This document shows positions 38,609 to 48,439 of a stretch of DNA of 64,000 nt, in pieces. How positions within the stretch are numbered: position 1 is the first letter of the stretch; each line of letters opens with the position of its first letter. Origin of the DNA: Arenicellales bacterium (GTDB taxonomy: Bacteria > Pseudomonadota > Gammaproteobacteria > Arenicellales > JAANXG01); the NCBI GenBank assembly GCA_049583715.1, contig JBAUWJ010000135.1:407-64406 (forward strand), written 5' to 3'. The position numbers and the translations under genes are program-made. The notes under the pieces are model-generated. The model ran no database searches. It had not been told where the DNA came from and saw only the letters and a list, made by a program, of their open reading frames with translations.

Positions 38609-39247
38609 CTATTCGGTTGTCAGTCGCCTCATGGCGGTGATTCTGACGGGAGGCGTAAGAAGCTGCCCCTTTGCAGGCCGGTCGTGTATCTCTCTCACCA
38701 CGTCCATACCCTCCACGACCCGGCCGAAGGCCGCAAAGCCCTGGCCGTCCGGGTTTCGCCTGCCGCCGAAATCCAGCTCCGGCTGGTCGCCGATACAGAT
38801 GAAGAACTCCGAGCTTGCCGATCCCGGCCGGATTCGCGCCATGGAGAGCGTTCCGTCCAGGTGGTGTATCCCGGTCTTCCTGGTCGTCTCCTGCCTGATG
38901 GGAGGAAGCCGCTGCTTGTTGGGAGCAAATCCCAGTCCGCCTTGTATGACCTCGATCTTCACCGCATCGTTCGGCTGGTTATCGAGTCTGACCGTCCTGT
39001 AGAAGACGGCTCCGGCATACCGCCGCTCAGCGACATATCTCAGAAAATTGGCGGTGGTGACGGGTGCGTGCGCCTGGTCCAGCTCGACGACAATCCTTCC
39101 CAGATCGGTCTGCATCAATACCCTGGGCGACGTTGCGCGAGCCGCGGCGCCGCCGGAGCAGCCGGCGCAAAGCAGGACGGTTGCCAGCCCAGTGCCGATC
39201 CACGCGAATCGCCCTGCCGTCACCGAAGCCCCCCATTCGCCGTTCAT
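38609..39247 (-). CDS. Cyclophilin-type peptidyl-prolyl cis-trans isomerase, exported (possible lipoprotein)
   Basis: Hydrophobic leader ending LLCAGCSGG. Cyclophilin core HAPVTTANFLRYV...FYRTV...LSMAR...SASSEFFICIGD...GFAAFGRVVEGMDVV. Confidence 0.9.
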   Translation of the reverse strand: MNGEWGASVTAGRFAWIGTGLATVLLCAGCSGGAAARATSPRVLMQTDLGRIVVELDQAHAPVTTANFLRYVAERRYAGAVFYRTVRLDNQPNDAVKIEVIQGGLGFAPNKQRLPPIRQETTRKTGIHHLDGTLSMARIRPGSASSEFFICIGDQPELDFGGRRNPDGQGFAAFGRVVEGMDVVREIHDRPAKGQLLTPPVRITAMRRLTTE

Positions 39248-39313
39248 GGATGCACGCTGCCTGTTTCACCACCATTGTATCGCGTCGCGCCGCTCGCCAA
39301 CCCGGTGGAGACA

Positions 39314-40240
39314 ATGCCCGTCGCCCGGTCGAAGATGGAATTCCACACGGCTTCCCCTAAAATGCCGTTCTTTCCTGCGATAAAATACAAACGGGAACGA
39401 ACCTCGGGTGTCTGGGCCGCCGTGCGACCTGTAGTGCTGGTTCTGATACTGATCTGGAGCGTCTCGGGACAGGCGCTCGCGGATACATACCGCTTCTCCG
39501 CGCCGCCCAGGTCGGGCGTGGAGGAGAGTCGATCCCTGTTCACCCCCCTGATGGACTTGCTGAGCGGGCGGACCGGCCAAACGTTCGTCTATATTCATCC
39601 CGACGGCTGGTTCTCCTATCAGACCGATATACGCAAGGGCCGCTACGATCTGCTGCTGGACGACGCGCACTTCGCGAGCTGGCGGATCGCTTCCCTGGGC
39701 TACTTACCCCTCGTCCGGGCGAGCAGCAGCGTCAGGTTCGTGGCCGTCGCCCCGAGGGACGGCAGGGTCTACAGCAAGGAAGATCTCATCGGAGAGCCGG
39801 TATGCACTTATCCACCTCCCGACCTCGGTACCGTGAGCTTCCTTCGCAAGTTTCACGGACCGTTCCAGGTGCCGCGGATACTGGCGACCCCGGATCCGCT
39901 CGACCGCATCAAACGCCTGCTGGCCGGTGAATGCGCCGCCGCCGTGTTGTCCCGGCATCTGTATTCCGAATCCGATGAGATGCGTGACGTCGCACACCGG
40001 TTGAAGATCATCACCCAGACCGACGCCTACCCCGGGCTGACGCTCACGGTCAACCCACGGGTGCCGGAGGCTCTGAGGAACGAGATACGCGGGATTCTGC
40101 TGTCCCCCGCCGGCCAGCAGGCCACCGCGAAGCTCCGAAACGCGCTCGCCCACGGCGACGACTTCGTGGCCGCGAGCAGCAAGGACTACGCCGGGCTGGC
40201 CAAGCTGCTGGCGAACTACCCGGGGTTCGAGAAACCCTGA
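39314..40240 (+). CDS. PhnD-like (phosphate/phosphonate-type) periplasmic substrate-binding domain protein; orphan
   Basis: N-terminal TM/signal segment VWAAVRPVVLVLILIWSVSGQALA followed by a PBP type-2 fold resembling PhnD (YRFSAPP...W..Y......G.YDLLLDDAHF). Start is uncertain: ATGs at 39314, 39335 and 39362. Confidence 0.65.
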   Translation: MPVARSKMEFHTASPKMPFFPAIKYKRERTSGVWAAVRPVVLVLILIWSVSGQALADTYRFSAPPRSGVEESRSLFTPLMDLLSGRTGQTFVYIHPDGWFSYQTDIRKGRYDLLLDDAHFASWRIASLGYLPLVRASSSVRFVAVAPRDGRVYSKEDLIGEPVCTYPPPDLGTVSFLRKFHGPFQVPRILATPDPLDRIKRLLAGECAAAVLSRHLYSESDEMRDVAHRLKIITQTDAYPGLTLTVNPRVPEALRNEIRGILLSPAGQQATAKLRNALAHGDDFVAASSKDYAGLAKLLANYPGFEKP

Positions 40241-40554
40241 CTCGCCCTCCGGAGCACCGCCAGGAGGGTCGAGGCTATAATCTATCGGCGCGAGGCTGGA
40301 TCATCATCACGGCGCCGCTGCGGTGGCGCCTCGCCCAAAGGAAGGAATGCCATGACCGCGTTTGACCGAACACCCGCCGGACTGCTGTTGGAAATCTGCC
40401 GATGCACCTGCCGCTTCCTTGCACACCCCGAACTCTGGTTCGAGCACCATCACCGTGCCGGCACGAAGAAGCAGGTCGATAACAACCAGAAGGGGAACTA
40501 CAGGCTCCGGTCAACGACGTTCTGCTCACCGGCTGAAGGACGATCGCTTTTGTC

Positions 40555-41871
40555 TCATCCCCCGCGCAGTGGCACGGTGCTTGCGTCTCCGGCGATGTAC
40601 ACGGCATGGATATTACGGTCATCGCCAAGCATGGTCAGGGCGAACAGCTTCTCCACCACATCCCGAGACTTGGACATGCGTCTCGCCGTGAGCGGCGTGG
40701 CGTGAGGGTCGATCACGACGAAGTCGGCCTCCTTGCCGGACTCGAAGTTGCCGATTGTGTCATCCATATACAGGGAGTGCGCGCCGCCGAGGGTCGCGAG
40801 GTAGAAGGCTCGCCGCGGCGTCAGCGTCTGCCCGCGGAGTTGCAGGACCTTGTAGGCCTCACCGAGGGTTCGGGGAATGTTGTAGCTCGTGCCGCCGCCG
40901 ACGTCCGTGCCGATACCGGTCCGCACGCGGTGCGCGTCGGCGGCCGCGAGGTCATAGAGCCCGCTGCCCAGGAACAGGTTGGAGGTGGGACAGAACGCCG
41001 CGGCGGCGCCGGCCTCCCCCATGCGCCGGCGATCCGTGTCGTCCACGTGAATGCAATGGGCATACACCGAGCGTTCACGGACCAGGCCGAAGTGGTCGTA
41101 GACGTCCAGGTAGCTGCGCCGCGCCGGGAAGAGCTTCCTCACCCAGGCCACCTCGTCGACGTTCTCGGCGAGGTGGGTCTGAACGAACACCCCGGGATGC
41201 TCCGCCGCCAGACGGCCGGCCGCAATGAGCTGCTCGTCGCTGGAAGTCACCGCGAAGCGCGGGGTAATGGCGTAGGACAACCGCTCCACGCCGTGCCACT
41301 TCTCTATCAATGCCTTGCTGTCGCGATAGCCCGATTCCGCGGTATCGCGCAGGTCCTCCGGGCAATTGCGGTCCATGAGTACCTTGCCGGCGATCAGGCG
41401 CATGCCGCGCGCCCGGGCACCCTCGAAGATCGCGTCCACGGACTGCGGATGGACGGTGGCGAACACGAGGGCGGTGGTGGTGCCGTTGCGCAGCAGCTCA
41501 TCGAGGAAGAACGATGCGGCTCCGCGGGCGACGGCTTCGTCCTTGAACCGCGCCTCCGCGGGAAACGTGTAGTTGTTCAGCCAGTCCAGGAGCTGCGCAC
41601 CGTAGGAGGCGATGACGTCGACCTGGGGGTAATGGATGTGGGTGTCCACGAATCCCGGCACGATCAGCTTGCCGGTGTGGTCCACCACGGTCGCGTCGGA
41701 CGGCAGCCGGCGAAGCACGTCATCCGCCGGTCCAAGCTCGCGGACCTTGCCTCCGGAGACGCACAGGATTCCGTCGGGCAGGATCTCCAGGGCATCGTCA
41801 TCGCCGCAGCCCGGGTCCCGCAGGGCGTGGACAATCGAGCCGCGGTACGCCTGCAACGGCGAAGTGCTCAA
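40555..41871 (-). CDS. guaD: Guanine deaminase
   Basis: PGFVDTHIHYPQ, THLAEN, HCIH and GTDVGGG amidohydrolase metal ligands. There is no in-frame ATG upstream of the conserved N-terminus. TTG at 41871 overlaps the allA stop (TTGA) and gives 438 aa. Confidence 0.9.
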   Translation of the reverse strand: MSTSPLQAYRGSIVHALRDPGCGDDDALEILPDGILCVSGGKVRELGPADDVLRRLPSDATVVDHTGKLIVPGFVDTHIHYPQVDVIASYGAQLLDWLNNYTFPAEARFKDEAVARGAASFFLDELLRNGTTTALVFATVHPQSVDAIFEGARARGMRLIAGKVLMDRNCPEDLRDTAESGYRDSKALIEKWHGVERLSYAITPRFAVTSSDEQLIAAGRLAAEHPGVFVQTHLAENVDEVAWVRKLFPARRSYLDVYDHFGLVRERSVYAHCIHVDDTDRRRMGEAGAAAAFCPTSNLFLGSGLYDLAAADAHRVRTGIGTDVGGGTSYNIPRTLGEAYKVLQLRGQTLTPRRAFYLATLGGAHSLYMDDTIGNFESGKEADFVVIDPHATPLTARRMSKSRDVVEKLFALTMLGDDRNIHAVYIAGDASTVPLRGG

Positions 41872-42401
41872 GCGCCCCCGCCCTGACCGTGCCGGACATC
41901 GACCGCTACGCTGACCTGCACGGACGATTCGAGCTCGCGCTCCTCGCAGTTGTCTCCCGGTCCGCCGCGGTCGATGACGACAAACCGCTGTCCGCGCTCG
42001 AACGCCACCAACGGCATGTGCCAGGTACCGCGGTGGTAGTTGACGCCCTGGCGGCCGTTGCTCACGAACGCGCGCAGGTCGTCCGGCGCCACCGTCTCGC
42101 CGGCCGGCGCCACCACCACGCACATGACGACCTCACCCATGGGTATGAACGCCTGGCTTCCAACGGGATGTCGCTCGACGAGCCTCACCGGCAACGGCAC
42201 CTCGCCGGCATGCGTGCACTCGACGATGCCCACCACCGCGTGACCGCCGTCGCCGACGTCGATGGCCGCGAGATCATCGAAGCGCTCGATCGTCCCGCGG
42301 TTGATCGGGTAGTGGCGCGCGCCATCGGTCTCAATGACCTCCCCGAAGGGCGCGAAGGCTTCGCGGGTCAGGGGCCGGGCCTCGAGCACGTGTACAGGCA
42401 T
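41868..42401 (-). CDS. allA: Ureidoglycolate lyase
   Basis: LTREAFAPFGEVI...NRGTIERF...ERHPVGSQAFIPM...VNYHRGTWH. Confidence 0.9.
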   Translation of the reverse strand: MPVHVLEARPLTREAFAPFGEVIETDGARHYPINRGTIERFDDLAAIDVGDGGHAVVGIVECTHAGEVPLPVRLVERHPVGSQAFIPMGEVVMCVVVAPAGETVAPDDLRAFVSNGRQGVNYHRGTWHMPLVAFERGQRFVVIDRGGPGDNCEERELESSVQVSVAVDVRHGQGGGA

Positions 42402-42403
42402 GT

Positions 42404-43423
42404 CTATTCCGATTCCGTCAGGTGCCCGAACACCCGCAGGCGGCTCACGCCGCCGTCGGGAAAGATGTTCAGGCGTATGTGGGACACCAGACCCGGCGAG
42501 TCGATGTCCCGCTTGAAGACGTGCTGGCGGTCCGCCTGCAGCTTGCTCTCCCGGAGCAGCAGAGGCCAGGACCGACTGGCGGCGATGAGCCGGTCGACAT
42601 CGGTCTCCGTCGTATGGCCGGCCTGTATGCTGGCGCAGTCCGGATAGTTGCCCTTGAAGTGCGCCGTGTCGATTTCGATGGCCTCGATAATACCGGCCCG
42701 CCCCAGCGCCAGGATCACCCAGTCGTGCCCGGGCCCCCGCCGGCGCGCGGTTTCCCAGCCGTCGCCCATGTTCACGCCCCGCCCGGGCGCGTTCAGGTTG
42801 TGCATACTGCCGAAGTGCTCGTCACTGCAGGCCAGCGCCCGGCCGCCGTTCTCCAGGGCCATCAGGTCGAAAGTGCCGCCCGCCGCCAGGGCGTCCCAGT
42901 CCGGCTGCACTTCGCCGTAAACGCGCAGGCGGGCGACGCCGCCATCAGGGTGGATGTTCACCCGCAGGTGCGTGCACGCCGGTCCGGTCGCGGCGGCGAG
43001 GAAATGATGAGAGTCACCCCTCAAGGGTGCGCGTGGGACAACCTCCCACCACTCGTCTTCCCCGGCAGGCTGCCGCTTGTCGCTCAGGCAGGCTTCGATG
43101 GAAACCTCCGGCGCGTAGTTGCCGGTGAAATGCGAGGTATCGACGTCGAAGCCCTTCACGATGCAGGCCGATCCGAGACGAATCACGCAGTGATCGTGCC
43201 CGGGCTCGCGGCGGCGACGCGTCTCCCAGCCGTCCATCCACTTGCCGTGGTCGTCGTACTTGCCGGGAATGAATACGGGGGCCGCGGGGTCGATCAGCCT
43301 TTCCTTCGCCCCGAAAAACTCGTCGTTGGCGAAGATCACCCGCGCGCCGAGTCTCGGCTGCGCCAGGTTGACCAGGGTGGTGAAGGAGGGACGCTTCGCA
43401 GTGGAATCGTTCATGGACATCAA
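42404..43423 (-). CDS. alc: Allantoicase
   Basis: Duplicated allantoicase repeats (DEFFGAKERLI...DGWETRRRR and DEHFGSMHNLN...DGWETARRR). Confidence 0.9.
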   Translation of the reverse strand: MMSMNDSTAKRPSFTTLVNLAQPRLGARVIFANDEFFGAKERLIDPAAPVFIPGKYDDHGKWMDGWETRRRREPGHDHCVIRLGSACIVKGFDVDTSHFTGNYAPEVSIEACLSDKRQPAGEDEWWEVVPRAPLRGDSHHFLAAATGPACTHLRVNIHPDGGVARLRVYGEVQPDWDALAAGGTFDLMALENGGRALACSDEHFGSMHNLNAPGRGVNMGDGWETARRRGPGHDWVILALGRAGIIEAIEIDTAHFKGNYPDCASIQAGHTTETDVDRLIAASRSWPLLLRESKLQADRQHVFKRDIDSPGLVSHIRLNIFPDGGVSRLRVFGHLTESE

Positions 43424-43959
43424 CTTCCCGGTTCAGCGAGCTCGGCGAGGCGGAAGCCGGCGATCTTGTGGATCTCGGCGATCGCCCGGTGGAATTCCGT
43501 CTCGGGGTCGTTGTCGACACGCTCCTCGAACGCCGACAGGATGGCCGCGCGGTTGCCGCCCTTGACCGCCATCACGAAGGGAAACCCGAAGCGATCCCGG
43601 TAGGCCTGGTTGAGGCTCTGAAACCGCCGGTACTCCTCCTCGCTGCACTGATCTATGCCGGCGCCGGCCTGTTCCCGGCTGGAGGCTGCAGTGAGACCGC
43701 CGGAGACAGCCGCGCGGCCCGCAAGATCCGGGTGGGCGCGGATCAGGGCGAGCCTGGTATCCCGGTCCGCCGCGTCCACGGTGGCGGCCAGCTCCGCCGC
43801 CAGGCTCTCGACGCTGTCGGGCCGGCCTTGCGCGCCCCGTCGCCAGGTGTCCCGCGCGACCCAGGAAGAGTGCTCGTAAATGCCGCCGAACACCTCGATG
43901 AACTCATCCTCGCTCATGCGGCTGGGCGGACGCGGAACGGACCGTGGATCGAAACGCAT
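43420..43959 (-). CDS. uraD: OHCU decarboxylase (2-oxo-4-hydroxy-4-carboxy-5-ureidoimidazoline decarboxylase)
   Basis: FGGIYEHSSWVA...LIRAHPDLAGR...YRDRFGFPFVMAVKG. Start taken at ATG 43959. The stop forms an ATGA overlap with the alc start. Confidence 0.85.
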   Translation of the reverse strand: MRFDPRSVPRPPSRMSEDEFIEVFGGIYEHSSWVARDTWRRGAQGRPDSVESLAAELAATVDAADRDTRLALIRAHPDLAGRAAVSGGLTAASSREQAGAGIDQCSEEEYRRFQSLNQAYRDRFGFPFVMAVKGGNRAAILSAFEERVDNDPETEFHRAIAEIHKIAGFRLAELAEPGS

Positions 43960-43970
43960 GCCGGCACCCC

Positions 43971-44885
43971 TCAGGAACCCTTGAAGGGATGCTGCTTGCG
44001 CCAGTGCTCGGCGATGTCTATCCGGCGGCACAGCCAGATATCCTCATAGTCCGTCACGTAGTCCAGAAAGCGCCCCAGCGCCGCGGCCCGCCCCGGCCGG
44101 CCCGCCAGCCGGCAGTGCAGGCCGACGGACATCATCTTCGGCGCCACCTCTGCCTCTTCGTACAACACGTCGAAGCTGTCCTTGAGATAGGTGAAGAACT
44201 GGTCGCCGGAGTTGAAGCCCTGGCTGGTGGCGAAGCGCATATCGTTCGCGTCCAGAGTGTAGGGAACCATGAGCTGGGGATTCATGTGAGTGTCGTCCCA
44301 ATAGGGCAGATCGTCCGCATAGCTGTCCGCGTTGTAGATGAAGCCACCCTCCTCGGCAACCAGGCGGTGCGTATTCGGGCTGCAGCGCCCCAGGTACCAG
44401 CCTCTGGGCCTCTCGCCGGTCAGCCGGGTGTGAATCTCGATGGCCTGGTGCAGATGGTCCCATTCGACGGACTCCGGGACCCCCTGGTAGTCGATCCAGC
44501 GGTAACCGTGCGTCGCCACCTCCCAGCCCGCGTCGAGCATCGCGCGCACCACATTCGGGTTGCGCTCCATGGCCATGGCCACGGCGAAGGCCGTGACCGG
44601 TATCCGGCGCTGAGTGAACATCCGGTGCAGGCGCCAGAAACCGGCGCGCGCGCCGTACTCGTAGATGGACTCCATGTTCATGTGACGGGCACCGCGAATC
44701 GGCGCGGCGCCGATGATTTCCGACAGGAAGGCTTCCGACGCGCCGTCACCGTGCAGCACGCAGTTCTCGCCGCCTTCCTCGTAGTTGATCACGAATTGAA
44801 GGGCGAGGCGCGCCTTCCTCGGCCACGCCGGATGGGGAGGATTGGCGCCGTAGCCGATCAGGTCTCTTGCGTATCGCCGTGTCAT
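43971..44885 (-). CDS. puuE: Allantoinase, PuuE type (polysaccharide-deacetylase fold)
   Basis: YARDLIGYGANPPHPAWP..ARLALQFVINYEEGGE...YEYGARAGFWR. Start is ATG 44885 or 44909. Confidence 0.9.
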   Translation of the reverse strand: MTRRYARDLIGYGANPPHPAWPRKARLALQFVINYEEGGENCVLHGDGASEAFLSEIIGAAPIRGARHMNMESIYEYGARAGFWRLHRMFTQRRIPVTAFAVAMAMERNPNVVRAMLDAGWEVATHGYRWIDYQGVPESVEWDHLHQAIEIHTRLTGERPRGWYLGRCSPNTHRLVAEEGGFIYNADSYADDLPYWDDTHMNPQLMVPYTLDANDMRFATSQGFNSGDQFFTYLKDSFDVLYEEAEVAPKMMSVGLHCRLAGRPGRAAALGRFLDYVTDYEDIWLCRRIDIAEHWRKQHPFKGS

Positions 44886-44946
44886 GACTGCTCGGTTTTC
44901 ACTTTGCATTCCCGGGCGGTACCCGGACCGGCGAGCCTCCCTGGCT

Positions 44947-46161
44947 TCACTCGCCTGACCCTGACGAGGCCTTCGCGTCGTTCTGGTACCAGCCACCGAG
45001 AATTCTACGCTCCTCGTCCGTCATCCCCGTCAAGTTCCCGAGCGGCATCACCTTGTCGGCGACGGCCTGCTGGTAGATGCGGTCCTTGTTGGCCAGTATC
45101 TCCTGCCGGTCATCCAGCATCAGGCCCTTGGGGGCGGACGCGAATCCGGGCTGCACGGGAGACTTGGAATGGCAGGGCCGGCAGCGCCGGGCGATGATCG
45201 ACTCGACCCGGGAAAAACCGGCCGCCGCCCCGGTGCTCCCGCCCGGCGAAGAGGATGAGGGGGCGATCGCCGCCGCGAGCGCAATCACGATGAGGGCGGC
45301 GACGATCAACGGCACCGGCGACGCCCCGCCCTTGTGGCGTGCGACGAAGTAGACGCGGACCAGCGCGCCGGCGAGCGACAGCGCGATCAGGATCAGCCAG
45401 TTGTACTGATGCGAGTACGTCATCGCATAGTGATTGCTGATCATGACGAACAACACCGGCAGCGTGAAATAAGTGTTGTGGACCGAGCGCTGCTTGCCTT
45501 TGATACCGTAGGCCGGGTCGGGTTTGCGCCCCTCCTTCGCGGCAGCCACCAGCTCCTTCTGGCCGGGGATGATGACATGGGCGACGTTCGCCACCATGAT
45601 GGTGCCGAGCATGGCGCCGTAGTGGATGAAGGCGCCGCGACCGCTGAACAGGTGGCACAGCACGAAGGCCATGACCGATGCGAATATGAAAATGCAGGCC
45701 GCCAGCAGCTTCTCGTTGTTGCCGATGGGCGAGCGGCAGAGCAGGTCGTAGACCACCCAGCCGACGACCAGCGTGCCGATGCCGATCCCGATCGCCTCGG
45801 GCCTCGTCAGGTTGGCGACCCTGGGATCGATGAGGTAGACGTTGGCGCCGTACCAGTAGATCAAGGCCAGCAGGAATGCCCCCGACAGCCACGTGGTGTA
45901 CGCCTCCCACTTGAACCAGTGCAGGGTGCCGGGCATCTCGGGGGGCGTAAGGGCGTATTTCTGCGCGTGGTAGAAGCCGCCGCCGTGCACAGACCAGACT
46001 TCGCCGGCCACGCCCTTGTCGTTGTCGGCGGCTTCCTTCGGCGCCAGCAGGTGGTCATCCAGCCACACGAAGTAGAAGGAAGCCCCGATCCAGGCCACGC
46101 CGGCGACGAAGTGCAGCCAGCGACCGAGGAGGCTCAGCCAGTCGAGGATATAGGCTTCCAT
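44947..46161 (-). CDS. puuD: Membrane urate hydroxylase PuuD with a C-terminal cytochrome c domain
   Basis: N-terminal multi-TM domain (WLHFVAGVAWIGASFYFVWLDDHL...GGFYHAQKY) and a C-terminal CxxCH motif (CRPCH). Confidence 0.85.
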   Translation of the reverse strand: MEAYILDWLSLLGRWLHFVAGVAWIGASFYFVWLDDHLLAPKEAADNDKGVAGEVWSVHGGGFYHAQKYALTPPEMPGTLHWFKWEAYTTWLSGAFLLALIYWYGANVYLIDPRVANLTRPEAIGIGIGTLVVGWVVYDLLCRSPIGNNEKLLAACIFIFASVMAFVLCHLFSGRGAFIHYGAMLGTIMVANVAHVIIPGQKELVAAAKEGRKPDPAYGIKGKQRSVHNTYFTLPVLFVMISNHYAMTYSHQYNWLILIALSLAGALVRVYFVARHKGGASPVPLIVAALIVIALAAAIAPSSSSPGGSTGAAAGFSRVESIIARRCRPCHSKSPVQPGFASAPKGLMLDDRQEILANKDRIYQQAVADKVMPLGNLTGMTDEERRILGGWYQNDAKASSGSGE

Positions 46162-46228
46162 GAAATTCTTAGATCAATTGCAGGCAGAGGATGTGGGCCG
46201 GCCTTTCAGGCCGGCCCTGTTGTCACCA

Positions 46229-46399
46229 GTCGGAGTGAATTCCGACCCACGGGGTGTGCATCTGTGAACCCAGGTTCCGGATGGGTCAGAACTCATTCTG
46301 ACTCAGGGCAATTGTCGGAATGAATTCCGATCCACTGGGATGGGATTGTGGGTCAGAATTCATTCTGACTGACAACTGTCGGAATAAATTCCGACCCAC
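46229..46399. repeat. BIME-like cluster of five alternating-orientation REP 22-mers inside the purine operon
   Basis: Units at 46229-46250 (-type), 46282-46302 (+), 46314-46335 (-), 46348-46369 (+) and 46378-46399 (-). The + units carry the paired variant TCAGAAT/ATTCTGA instead of TCGGAAT/ATTCCGA. Confidence 0.8.
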
Positions 46400-46411
46400 T
46401 GGGATCCGGTC

Positions 46412-47500
46412 CTACTTCGGCAGCTTGCCCACCACGCCTTCGACGTACCAGTCGAGCTTCTGGAGCTGCTCGTCGCTCAGCATCTGGCCTTCCGGCACCC
46501 GCACCTTGCCGTCCTGGTCCTTGATGGGACCCTGGAAGGGGTGGAACTTGCCGTCGATGATGGCCTGCTTCCTGGCCTCGACCTCTTTGGCGACCGACTC
46601 CGGCACCGCGGAGTTCAACGGCGCGATGTTCACCATGCCGTCCTTCAGCCCACCCCACACGCTCTCGGGCTTCCAGGTGCCGTTCAGCACTTCCTTGGCG
46701 ATCTTGATGTAGAACTTACCCCAGTGATGGGTGGCCGCCGTCAACTCGGTCTTGGGGCCGTACTTGGACATGTCCGAGTGGTAGGCCACCGACCAGACGC
46801 CCTTCTCCTCCGCCGCCTGCACTACCGCCGTGGAGTCGGTGTGATGGGTCAGTACGTCGGCGCCCTGGGAGACCAGCACGCCGGCGGCCTCGCGCTCGCG
46901 GCCCGGATCGAACCAGGAGTTGGTCCAGATCACCTTCACCTGGGCCTTCGGATTCACGCTGCGCATGCCGAGGGTAAAGGCGTCGATGCCCCGCAGCACC
47001 TCGGGGATCGGATACGCGGCGACGTAGCCGGCAATGTTCGTCTTGGTCATACGCCCCGCCACGACGCCCGTGAGATAGCGGGCCTGGTAGAAGCGTGCGG
47101 AGTAGATCCCGACGTTCTTGGCCATCTTGTATCCGGTGGCGTGCTCGAACACCACGTTCGGAAACTGCTTGGCCACCTTGATGGTGGGATTCATGTAGCC
47201 GAAGGACGTCGTAAAGATGAGGCCGTAGCCGTCCGAGGCGAACTGCCGAATGACACGCTCCGCCTCGCCGCCTTCCGGCACGTTCTCCACGTACTTGGTC
47301 TGCACCTTGCCGTCCAGCGCTTTCTGCAGCTCCTGGCGTCCTACCTCATGCTGGTGGGTCCACCCGGCGTCGCTCACCGGGCTCACGTAGAGGAAGCCGA
47401 TCTTCAGCGGACCGGCCGCCACGGCGGGAAGGCTCGCTGCCAGCCCCAGGACGGTCGCGGCCAGCAGCGACGTGATTTTGCGAATACTGGATTTACTCAT
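46412..47500 (-). CDS. BMP-family (Med/PnrA-like) ABC transporter substrate-binding protein
   Basis: Signal peptide ...LAASLPAVAAG. IGFLYVSPVSDAGWTHQHEVG...FTTSFGYMNPT...FEHATGYK. Confidence 0.9.
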   Translation of the reverse strand: MSKSSIRKITSLLAATVLGLAASLPAVAAGPLKIGFLYVSPVSDAGWTHQHEVGRQELQKALDGKVQTKYVENVPEGGEAERVIRQFASDGYGLIFTTSFGYMNPTIKVAKQFPNVVFEHATGYKMAKNVGIYSARFYQARYLTGVVAGRMTKTNIAGYVAAYPIPEVLRGIDAFTLGMRSVNPKAQVKVIWTNSWFDPGREREAAGVLVSQGADVLTHHTDSTAVVQAAEEKGVWSVAYHSDMSKYGPKTELTAATHHWGKFYIKIAKEVLNGTWKPESVWGGLKDGMVNIAPLNSAVPESVAKEVEARKQAIIDGKFHPFQGPIKDQDGKVRVPEGQMLSDEQLQKLDWYVEGVVGKLPK

Positions 47501-47515
47501 GGTTCTCTCCGTTCG

Positions 47516-48439
47516 TTAGACGTCAGGATGATAAGGCTTGCCCAGAGAGGCAGGCGCATTCAGGCGAATCGTGTTGATATCTCTCGAGATCAGCACCAGC
47601 ACCAGGATGGTAGCGAGGTACGGCAGCGTCGACAGGAGCTGGGACGGAATATCCACGCCGAAGCCCTGCACGTTGAACTGTATGATGGTAACGCCGCCGA
47701 AAAGGTAGGCGCCAACCATCACGCGCAGCGGCCGCCAGGTCGAGAATACGACCAGCGCGAGTGCGATCCAGCCGCGCCCGGCAGTCATCTCCTCCACCCA
47801 CAGCGGCGTGTGCACCAGCGACAGATATCCCCCGCCGAGTCCCGCCATGGCGCCCCCGAACAGCACGGCGAGATAGCGAATGCCGACGACGTGATGGCCG
47901 AGTGACACGGCGGACTCCGGGGACTCCCCCACGGCTCGGATCACCAGCCCGCCCTTGGTGTGGAACAGAAACCAGGATATCGCCGCGAAGGCGACGAACG
48001 ACAGGTAGATCAGTGGATCGAACGAGAACAGCAGTCGTCCGATGATCGGAAGATCACTCAAGCCGGGGACATGGATCGCCGGAATCCCCGGCAACGTGGC
48101 GCTGGTGTAGGCGAGGCCGATGTAGGCGCTGGTACCGACGCCGAAGATGGTCAGCGCCAGCCCTGCGGCGACCTGGTTGGCCTGGAAAGTGAGCGTCAGC
48201 ACGCCGAACAGGAAGGCCATCCCGGCGCCGGCCAGCATCGAGACGACGATGCCGAGCCATATGCTGCCGGAATCGTGCGCCACCGCGAAGCCGCACACCG
48301 CGCCCATCAGCATCATCCCTTCGACACCCAGGTTCAACACGCCGGATTTCTCCGTGACGAGCTCTCCGAGCGCCGCGAACACCAGGGGCGTGCCGGCGGC
48401 GACGGTCGCGACGATGATACCGATGATCGTGTCGGTCAT
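47516..48439 (-). CDS. ABC transporter permease (BMP/nucleoside-type, second subunit)
   Basis: GTPLVFAALGELVTEKSGVLNLGVEGMM, and multi-TM. The start forms an ATGA overlap with the upstream permease stop. Confidence 0.9.
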   Translation of the reverse strand: MTDTIIGIIVATVAAGTPLVFAALGELVTEKSGVLNLGVEGMMLMGAVCGFAVAHDSGSIWLGIVVSMLAGAGMAFLFGVLTLTFQANQVAAGLALTIFGVGTSAYIGLAYTSATLPGIPAIHVPGLSDLPIIGRLLFSFDPLIYLSFVAFAAISWFLFHTKGGLVIRAVGESPESAVSLGHHVVGIRYLAVLFGGAMAGLGGGYLSLVHTPLWVEEMTAGRGWIALALVVFSTWRPLRVMVGAYLFGGVTIIQFNVQGFGVDIPSQLLSTLPYLATILVLVLISRDINTIRLNAPASLGKPYHPDV

